From Salisapilia sapeloensis CBS 127946 (lineage: Eukaryota; Protista; Oomycota): a stretch of DNA of 64,000 bases. The DNA lies in NCBI GenBank assembly GCA_023334545.1, contig JAADVB010000037.1:38973-102972 (forward strand), written 5' to 3'. The position numbers and the translations under genes were made by a program. How positions within the stretch are numbered: position 1 is the stretch's first letter; every line of letters starts with the position of its first letter. The notes beneath the pieces are model-generated. The model made no database searches and was not told where the DNA came from. It saw only the letters and a list, made by a program, of their open reading frames with translations. This document shows, in pieces, positions 54,615 to 64,000 of this stretch.

Positions 54615-55103
54615 TATGCAGGTCACAGGAGAGCGGCACAATCCGAGAAGAAGACGCATCTGTCTCGGGCCTAGTTGGATAGACCGATAATAAATTCCAT
54701 TCATAAACTTGTTGATGCATTCTTATGGATAACTTTACTCGTAGGAGCACATCAGATGAATGCATCATGGTAGAACGGTCTATAGAGCCGTGTTAATTAA
54801 TTAAAGTACACTAGCACGAATTGATATTGGTGTCGAAATTCAGAAGTGATCATCTCTTGCATCACAGCCGAAGCGAATTTATTCGAAAACGTATCACAAG
54901 ACAAAAGCGTGCTACCTCTTCTATCGAATATCGATAGAATCATCTATGGACCGACTGCACTCTCAACTATCTTGTTCTGAAGCTTCGATGTCCATGACTT
55001 GCTGCTGAGTCAGTCGGGTGTATCCATATGCTTCCGTAACTTGAAGTTGGTGGGTTGGCATGAGCCACAACTGTACCGCTCGGATAGCACACTCGACCAA
55101 ATT

Positions 55104-56391
55104 ATGAAGGCGATTGTCGACAGCCTGCAGCGCGTGGTGGCGGCACAACGTCTAGACGCGCGGCACGTCGTTGCATTCAGCGGAGGCGTGGACTCTTCCC
55201 TCGTAGCAGCCGTGGTCCATCTCACGGTGCCAAAGGGCAAAGCCGCTGCTTGCCTCGGTATATCGCCAGCGCTCTCGCAAGGACAACGCGAGCAGGCGAT
55301 TGACGTCGCAAATCATATTGGCATCCCTCTGTGGCAGACGCCGACAAGCGAAGGCGAAGACGAGAACTACATTGCGAACGAAGGAGCGAGGTACTGTTAT
55401 CATGTCGATAGCATGGGTCTCACCAGTCTGAACGCTCGATACGAATGTCAATTGGTTATGTGAATGTAGCTGCTACTACTGCAAAACGAACCTGTACACC
55501 ACCATCAATGCAGTCGCGACCTTTACTCGGTACGATTCATAAGAATGTCGTATAAAGGAAATTGGTATAAGGTTTGTATGTGACGCAGCCAAGAAACAGG
55601 AGAGCATCCAGTGATTTACAATGGCACCAATGCGGATGACCAGCAAGACCCCACTCGGCTTGGTATGCGACTTTTGTGTCTTCTCTGGAGATGTGGGACG
55701 CTGACAGTGACATTGACATTGACGTTGACAGGTCTTGTGGCTGCTCGAGAGTTTGACGTCGTGAGCCCCTTGAACATTTTGACGAAACAGCAAGTTCGCG
55801 AGGTTGGATAAATTTTATGCCTACTTCTCGCATATTGCATCGACTGACCTGCAATTCCTATGTCAATCCAAGACTGCCAAGTACCTAGGTCTGCCCAATT
55901 GGAATGCCGCTGCATCGCCTTGTCTCCGCTCTCGCCTTCAATTCGGTGTGGAAGCAACTCATGTCCGACGACTTACTATCCTTTGAACGAGCTATCGCTG
56001 ATATAAACGGTTGAGGTAGGACCATTTGCAGCGGGTGGAAGCAGCCGAGCAGTTCGTGCGGTCGCAGATCGAGTTTCCGCCCGAAGCCAACATGCGCGTA
56101 CGGTTTCTCGCAGGAAATCGGGCAGCAGTGGGTATGCCATCACTTCAACTTTCATCAATCATTCCTTGTCTCAAGGATGCGATATGCAATGCCTAGAACT
56201 CGACCCGCGGGAACTCGAAGCTGCTCGAGAACAACGTCTGATCATCGCATCGAAGCTCCAAGATTTAGGCGCGTGTAGTGAAAATTTTTATCGTGTTGCT
56301 TCTCGCTGACCTGATCTGAATAGGCTTTGCCGGTGTCCAGCTACGTCCGTTCAAGACAGGCAGCTTGAGTGGCTACCAGCCAAGCGTGTAG
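55104..56391 (+). CDS. larE: LarE-like ATP-dependent sulfur transferase (PP-loop; TIGR00268-type), 8 exons
   Basis: Exons 55104-55390, 55470-55529, 55589-55662, 55732-55802, 55873-55962, 56020-56131, 56197-56268, 56324-56391 splice in frame. They give VAFSGGVDSSLV, CYYCK, NGTNADD..D.TRLG, SPL...K..VRE.AKYLGLPNW...SPCLRSRL, RVEAAE...MRVR, LGF..V..RPFKTGS. Confidence 0.85.
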
Positions 56392-56745
56392 GACGCCCCA
56401 ACTTTTTGAACCTGTCCAAGTTGATTTGCAATTCGATTAAAAAACCCGTTTCTGCACTTGGCTACCTTTTTTATCGACTTCCTCTAGCGCGTATGTTCCT
56501 TCTTCTATGCCCGTGTGCACGATTAAAGTAAGACGTTTGACTCCTTGCCGCGCAATCGCTGCTTTGGTTCGCGTCCGATAAAAAAGGAACTCGGCGACCG
56601 TACATGATTGGCCGATCGGTTTCGACCACCTGTCGCAGACGACATGCTCATTTGGCTGCGGTTCCGGACATTACGAATGCCCACTTTTACATTAGACGCT
56701 GACAACTCACACGCACTGCAGCAGCGTCTGAACGGCTACTCGCGT

Positions 56746-57896
56746 ATGAACCCAGACGACGAATATAGCACTCGATACAATCGGTCAAACTCGGAAAACA
56801 TGGAGAATGCGGTGCCTAGTCGAGGATGGGTCGGCACCACGCACAAGTATGCGCATCGGTTTCGTGTGCTCGAGTTCTTTGCGTGCATCGTGATTTTCAT
56901 GTTCGCCCTCGTCTTTGACCTCATTGCTGTCAATGAACGTACGCATCTTTTTATAGGTTGCAACTTTACCCAGCACTAACGTCATCTACTGTAGGCAAAA
57001 TTCCTTCCGTCAAAGTCCCCATCAGCGCTAACAAAACCGTCTACGCGCGTGATCCGGCCATCGACGATGAGATGATGGACGAGCAAGTACCCATGTGGCT
57101 CCTCATGCTCCTCTGCATCTCCATCCCGTTCGCAGCGAATATCACGGTGAACTTCATCCTCCCCATGTTCACCAACATTCGGATCATCGAGCATGATACG
57201 CGAGACTTTACCCTCAGCTTCCTACTCTCGTGCGCACTCAGCCAGGCCGCGACCCACTTTATGAAGAATATGACCGGGCGATTCCGTCCATCTTTCTACG
57301 ACATGTGCGGATGGCAGTACGACGTCGAGTGGGACGGAGAGACGAACTTGTGCACGCTTCCAGCTGAAAAAGAGGCTCGTAAGAGTTTCCCGTCCGGCCA
57401 CTCGTCTTTTGCCTTCTGCACGCTCTTCTTTCTAACGCTTTACCTCCTTGGTCGCTGTCGAATCACATGCGAGCGACGGGGTGAGTACACCTTCAGTGGT
57501 ATGACCAAGACGCTGGTCCTGTTCATCTGCTTCGCCCCGTCGCTGTTGGCGTCCTGGATCGCCATCACGCGAACGATGGACAACTGGCACCACTACGCCG
57601 ACATCCTCGCAGGGAGTATCCTCGGCGCTATTAGTGCCAGTATGGCCTATTCGTACAACTACGGATCCATCTTTGACTGGCAAAAGTCCGGCCTGCCGTT
57701 CCAAGTGTACCACGCTCGTCGCGTCCTGCATCGCAACGACGACGACGCGACGGTCGGTACTGTCAGCAACTTTGAGCCTGAGATGCGCCACCACGCTGCT
57801 CCTGACTCACGTTCCAAGAGTGTGGGCGGGGACGACCATGTCATTCCGATCATGGGCCAGTCGCAATCCACCAGTAACTACGAGTATAGGCAGTAG
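56746..57896 (+). CDS. PAP2 / lipid phosphate phosphatase, 2 exons
   Basis: C1 KNMTGRFRP, C2 SFPSGH and C3 TRTMDNWHHYADI motifs; six hydrophobic segments. Confidence 0.9.
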
Positions 57897-58013
57897 GGAT
57901 CTCAATAAAGTATTCTTTTGTGCAGAAAGGAAGAGTTTTGTGGTTTCATCCAAAAGTAGTCTAAATTTCGGATACCATCCGAAATTTAGAACTGCAGATA
58001 AGAACGCTCAAGG

Positions 58014-60829
58014 ATGACAGAGGTGGTGTCGGTAGATGGACTGCGATGGCTGCCGTACGAACGCGACTTGATTGAAGAATTGTATCGAGAGGATGCACTT
58101 TTGGTGATGGCCAAAGGATTAGGCATATTGCATCCGCTGGTACACATGATCCAATTATACTCTTCCAAGCACAATCTAGTGCTATGTCTCGACGCGAACG
58201 AGTATGCAGAGCAAATCCATGAATTACTGCGATCACGTGATGTTGCTACAGAAGACCTTCCTCCAGTATATGCTCTATGCTCAAGCGTACAGCCTTTAGT
58301 ATTAATATACCCGCTCCATTAGGTCGTGGATGCCAAGAGCACTTCCCAAGAACGCAAGCAGCTTTATCGAAAAGGAGGCTGCTTTCTCATCACAAGCAGA
58401 GTCCTCGTCGTCGACCTCTTGACGAACAATATCGATGCAGAAGTACGATCTATGGCAGTGAACTTGTTGCCAAACATGAATTAATCCACTTGTCCTAGAT
58501 GATCACTGGCATCCTAGTCCACAACGCCCATCGTGTATCCGAGACATCAGTCGAAGCGTTTATCGTTCGACTGTATCGAGAGAAGAATCGTCAGGGATTT
58601 TTAAAAGCGTTCACGGACGAAGCCATCTCCCTCTCTTCAGGATTTAATAAACTAGAGCATGTACTCAAGCACCTGTACCTCCGTCAAGTCTGTCTCTACC
58701 CTCGCTTCCACGTCTCCATCCATGAAGTACTAGAAGCGAAACAGCCAGACGTATATGAAATTGATGTCGCATTGTCTGGAAACATGCAGACAGTCCAAGA
58801 AGCAGCACTCGTCGCACTTGACATGACGTTAAAGGAGCTGCAGCGTACGACCAAGGCATTGGACGCGACGGAGCTGACGATGGACAAAGCACTGTCCAAG
58901 TCGTTTGCCAAGCTCGTGCGGTCCCAACTGGATCCGTTATGGCATAAACTCCCGTTCAAGGCCAAACAACTAGTCGGTGATCTCTCGACCATTCGTCAGA
59001 TCCTCACCGTCCTTCCCAAATACGATGCCATCTCGTTTTACAGTCTCCTCTTAAGTCACCAAACCATGAGTGGGCTACAACGCTCTCCATCTCCTTGGCT
59101 CTTTACAGAAGCTGCGGACCGATTGATGCATGCAGCCAAGAGTCGGCTGTACCAGATCGTTGACAAAAAGACGAAGAAAGCAGTGAATGTACGCAGAAGT
59201 AAGCTCCAAGCACAAGACGTGGAATTAGAATTTACTTTGGAAGGGAATCCCAAGTGGAAAACTATGGCACAGGTCATTACCGAGATACAGCAGTCTGGTC
59301 ATCCGGATACAGAGATACTGGTGATGACGAAAGATGAACGTACGAGTGCGCAGTTACGAGAGTACCTGGTGCTAGGTGAAGAAGAGACGATGAAACGGCG
59401 CTTTGGGCATTACTTGATGCAGAGGGAGAGTGCGATGAAGAAGAAGGGGAGTGTCCCGGCATCTTCTTTAGGCATAGAGCAACAGCTATTGCTGCATGCA
59501 GCAGCCAAGCTTCGTTCTCAAGAGCTAACGTTAGCTCCCGGAGCCAGTACGACTGTTGAAAAGTCAAAAGCAAAGGACAGTCGTAAGAGAGGACGGGAAG
59601 AGATCGATCTCACATCCGATGTTGCTAGTTTCGGCTTGTCGGTCGATGAACTACAGGGTCTTAAACCGTCCAACGAGAGTATAGGTATAACCAAGTCATT
59701 GACAGTCGGCACGAGGATCACTACATCCACTTTGGAGGAATCGCACGCGTCCAACGTGACCATTTGCACTTACGGACAATCTGAAGCGTATAAATTCGGA
59801 GCGTCTGCCTTTCTCCAAGATCAAGCACCAACCCACGTTTTATTGTACGATCCGGACATGGCGTTCGTACGGGAGCTGGAGGTGTATCATGCGAGACGTG
59901 GCAAAGATGCGATGGAAGTCTACTTTATTGTGTATGAAGAGAGCGCGGAGCAGCAGGCATACTTGACGCATGTAGCACGAGAGAAGAAGGCGTTCGAGAC
60001 ACTCATCTATCAAAAGCAGCACATGGTCCTTCCTGCAAATGTCTACGATGCTCCGTATCATGTGAAAGAGCAGGAGCAGAGGGAGCAGCTCAGTCTAGCT
60101 GGCGTCTATAGTATGGACACTCGGACGGGAGGTCAGCCGAAGAAGGCGCAGATACGAACGAAAGTCGTGGTAGACATGCGCGAGTTCCGAAGCGCTTTGC
60201 CGTCTATGCTGCATCGCGCTGGTCTTCACGTTCGACCAATGACGTTAGAGATTGGAGACTACATCCTCTCTCCTCAAGTATGTATCGAACGCAAGTCCAT
60301 TGGCGATCTCTTCAGTTCATTCCAGTCCGGCCGGTTGTTCAACCAGGCTGAAGCCATGCGTCGACACTATGACCTTCCTGTTCTTCTTATTGAATTCTCT
60401 CCTGGTCGAGCCTTCTCTCTCCAAGACAGCTCTGAACTGCGTGAAGAGATCAGTGCGAACAACATTGTTTCTAAACTGACGCTTCTTGTCCTCCACTTCC
60501 CATCCTTACGTCTCCTCTGGTCTAGATCACCCTACGCGACAGTAGACTTGTTCAGAGTCATCAAGAAGAAACAGGATGAACCGGAAGAAGAGACTGCTGC
60601 AGCGATTGGAACGAGTAACCAGACGCAAAAGGAAGAGTCGAGCTACAACACGAGCTCGGTGGATGTACTACGAAAGCTACCTGGTATCAATGACCACAAC
60701 TACCGGACTGTTATGGATAAAGTGGACAATTTAGCAGCATTAAGCAAGATGAGTCAAAGCGAGTTGTCGAAGCTCATTGGGAAGACAAACGGTCGAAAGC
60801 TCTTTGCCTTCTTTAACTCTGGCATATAA
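58014..60829 (+). CDS. ERCC4: DNA repair endonuclease XPF/Rad1, 3 exons
   Basis: LLVMAKGLG, GGCFLITSRVLVVDLL, EAFIVRLYREKNRQGFLKAFTD, VVVDMREFRSALP, GDYILSPQVCIERKSIGDL, HhH LRKLPGI. Confidence 0.95.
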
Positions 60830-60869
60830 AAAGGTACTGGAAAAGAACCAAGCTTTCATTATTGTCTAC

Positions 60870-62908
60870 CTAGCGTCGTACTGGGCGACGGTCCGTCATG
60901 TCACGGCTATTGCGACGATCACGCACGCGGTCTCGACTACGGTCGCGAACACCCATACGGTCTCGACTCTGGTCGCGAACACCCATACGATCTCGCGGTC
61001 GGTCTCGTCCACGATCGCGTTCTCGTTCGCGACTCCGGTCTCTCGGTCGAGCGCGATCTCGCACGACTGGCGCTCTCGAATCCCGTCCTCTTCCTTGCGG
61101 CGGAGGACCATTGCTTCCAGGCATGTGGTCTGGGTAATACTGATAGGCTTTCGAGAAAGAGACGCGGATGGACGAGTCGGGGAAGCTCAAGTTGTCTACT
61201 GCCAAAAGCGCGTGGACAGCGTCGTCTAGTGTCGTCATCTCCACGAGAGCCATGCGAGCGTTCTTATGCAGGAAAGAAAAGTTCTGGACGAAGCCGTGCT
61301 CGGCAAAGAGGTCAACAAGAGCTCGCTGGTCGTGCTGCAGCTGGGCAGGGATACCCGACACGTGGAGGAGCGGACAGGGCGGGACAGCTTCTTCCGTGCC
61401 GCGACGACGGTAGCGATGGAGAGAGGAGCCGCTGTAGTCTCTCGTGTTCTCCAGCTCGAAGCGGTCGACGTTGCCTCGAGGCATGGAGACATCCGTGTGC
61501 TTGGAGTAGTCGACGCGCAGCTTCTTGCCGAAGAGATGAACGCCGTCGAGGAAGCGAAGGGCAGTGGCGGACTAGACATAGATTAAGTATGTGTTCCTAT
61601 CTAGTAATGCAAAGGACGTACGTGTCGTTCATCGACGAACTGGATGAGCGCCGTGTCGCGCTTCTTAAACATGATCTTGACGCGAACGACGTCTCCGAAG
61701 CAACCAAAGAACGTGAAGAGACGGTCAGGTCCGATGAGAGCGCGGTCAATGCCGCTGCAGATCAACACAGGAGAAGGAGCCGTATCTACCATCCGGCCGC
61801 TACCCGTCGGATGCACCGGTAGTCCCGTGCGCAAGTCGATGCCGCCTTGCACCATTCTGTCCTCCCGTCCGCCCTCTCTCGGTCGACGGTCGTCCAGCCG
61901 GTCGCGTCGGTCTCGCACGGGAGATCCGCGTCGGTCTCGCCGGTCTCGATCGGACAGTCGGTGCTCCGGCGGAGGGGGTCCACCCATGATAGGAGCGGCA
62001 GGATCGTACATATTCGGATCGGCGTCGGGCCCAGGAGGAAGCGTCGGGTTGGTGAAGTCAAAGGAGCGTTCATTGTTGAACCGAACGCGCAGCTCATCGT
62101 GCTTGGAAAAGACAATCGAGAGTTTATTACAACCAGTGTAGATGTCTCGGCCGTCGAGCGCAGCCTGGGCGGCCTGCGCCTGCTCAACGGACTCGAGCTG
62201 AACAAGCGATTTGAACTCATCGTTCTTCCAAAACGTCACGACCTTTTGCACATTGCCAAACTTTTGAAAGACCTGCTGGAGGACGTCCACTGTCACGTCG
62301 TACTCGATGTTCGAGACGGACACCATGAGGATCGTGTTGGCTGCACCGACGTTCCCACCTCGGTGGTGGAAGTCTTCCGGAGGGTATACCTCTACAGTAT
62401 TAATGTGTTAGTGTCTTTTGTACAAGCAGTTGCGACGTAAGCTACCTGGTGGTCGGTCCTGCTGTATCGGAGGTGTGGATTGGAAAGGCTGGTAGTGTCT
62501 CGACTGATCAAAGTGTGGCTTGATCGTGATCTCGTCGCGGTTGCTGTATTCGAAAAAGATCTTTTTGCCTCGGATCGTTGCGTCCTTGGACTGGTAGAAG
62601 GCAACGAGGGTCTGGGCAGCAGACGCATCAGGAAGTTGAATAAAGGCTTGGCACTTTTGAGGAATCATGAGACTCTTTTCAACGACTGCGAAGGGATAGC
62701 AGAGCGCCAGGAGTTCACTTTCCAAACAGTCTGCAGGCAGACCACGTACGAAAACGACCTACAATCGATCAGAGGTGTAAGAGAGAGAGCAACTGGCACG
62801 ATGCGTGGAGGAACGTACTCGAGTTTGACCGCCTTGGAACCGATGGCGTTTGACGTCCGTGTTCTCATGGTCGGCCTCGAAAGGACGCTTCGTACCGACT
62901 TGAGACAT
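60870..62908 (-). CDS. Polypyrimidine tract-binding protein / hnRNP L-like (four RRMs) with RD/RS-rich tail, 4 exons
   Basis: RRM1 VVFVRGLP...QAFIQL; RRM2 ILMVSVSNIEYDVTVDVLQQVFQKFGNVQKVV; RRM3 PDRLFTFFGCFGDVVRVKIM; RRM4 PCPLLHVSGIP...AVHALL. Confidence 0.88.
60929..60988. repeat. Two 30-bp coding tandem units in the PTB-like tail
   Basis: GGTCTCGACT(AC/CT)GGTCGCGAACACCCATAC x2, encoding 10-aa RD(R/Q)SRDR(M)GV-type units on the minus strand. Confidence 0.8.
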
Positions 62909-63562
62909 GGTCAACAACGATCTACGAGCACAATAAGACAGGAAGGTTGGGCCTGATGGAGAAAGGTGGCAGGGAAAAAGGATGGCGACAAGAGCAACTC
63001 GGTTTCGTGTCACGACGTAGATGAACGCAAGAGCAGCGGACAAGGAACAAGAGATACCTGGGATGAGAGCAGGTGTATTAGGAAGAAGCGCCGCCTGAAT
63101 CCGTCGATTGAAAGTGGCTCGTGGACCAACCCGAATGATATCGGTCCAGAATTACGTAAAACGTGTGCAAAAGTGCTGTAATTCATCAGTTTTATTTTCA
63201 TTTTGATACTGGTGACTTGGCTTTCGACAGGATAATCTTTCGCCCGAGTCGCCTTAATTCGTACTTTATCCTCCAATCACCACTTGCCAGGACAGTTTAA
63301 TGTGGCATCGCCAGTTGAGTACTCAAATCTCTAGCTCCATTGGCATGACCAGATTTGAATCGTTACAGCCCTCGAGTGCTACTGAAAAGCGCGCTACGTT
63401 GACCTCTCTTTGTCGTAATTCCGCGTTGGCGTTTGTTGATTGGCTGATAAGTGTCGAAAAGATAGCGACCGATCGTTTCTGTTTCAAACTGGCTTTGGAT
63501 CGTAGAGGGAGGAAAACCAGTTCACAAATCGGCATCAAGTACTCAGATCTCCAGTCTCCTAA

Positions 63563-64000
<438 letters not shown>

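Noticed and set aside
54820-55103. N-terminal extension of the LarE-like gene by read-through of TGA 54978-54980, or selenocysteine
   Set aside because: The frame is open upstream but has no ATG, no family motif and no recognisable SECIS; ATG 55104 already gives a full-length LarE.

Overview
A compact, gene-dense eukaryotic nuclear segment with about 32 intact or partial protein-coding genes. Most introns are short (about 50-80 nt) GT-AG introns, often with GTACGT/GTATGC donors; TAA, TAG and TGA all serve as stops. The gene content (CDPK, 7TM-INPP4 fusion, outer-dynein-arm docking-type coiled coil, anoctamin, EDR2-C protein) suggests a flagellated stramenopile, most likely an oomycete or relative; this is inference, not a database match. 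Gene order: partial CDS, LSM12, NDUFB7, acidic single-pass membrane protein, CDPK, TCF25/Rqc1, EDR2-C protein, MBOAT acyltransferase, histidine phosphatase, DTW + zinc knuckle, SEC24, PH protein, kinesin-3, COX10, NAR1/CIAO3, 7TM-INPP4, CCDC151-like, ankyrin/TPR pseudogene, ZPR1, S28 peptidase, RING-kelch, anoctamin, second PH protein, EEP phosphoesterase, makorin, LRR protein, SMI1/KNR4 protein, LarE-like, PAP2 phosphatase, XPF, PTB/hnRNP-L, ARF1 (truncated). The most notable observations are a complete 8-exon LarE-type sulfur transferase, which suggests nickel-pincer cofactor chemistry in a eukaryote; a receptor-phosphatase fusion with a large ectodomain; a start codon split by an intron (TCF25); a candidate H/ACA RNA in an over-long intron; and a kinesin-3 ending in a CaaX box. 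No rRNA, tRNA, CRISPR array or transposon was recognised. All exon structures were built by eye, and family calls rest on recalled motifs, not searches.
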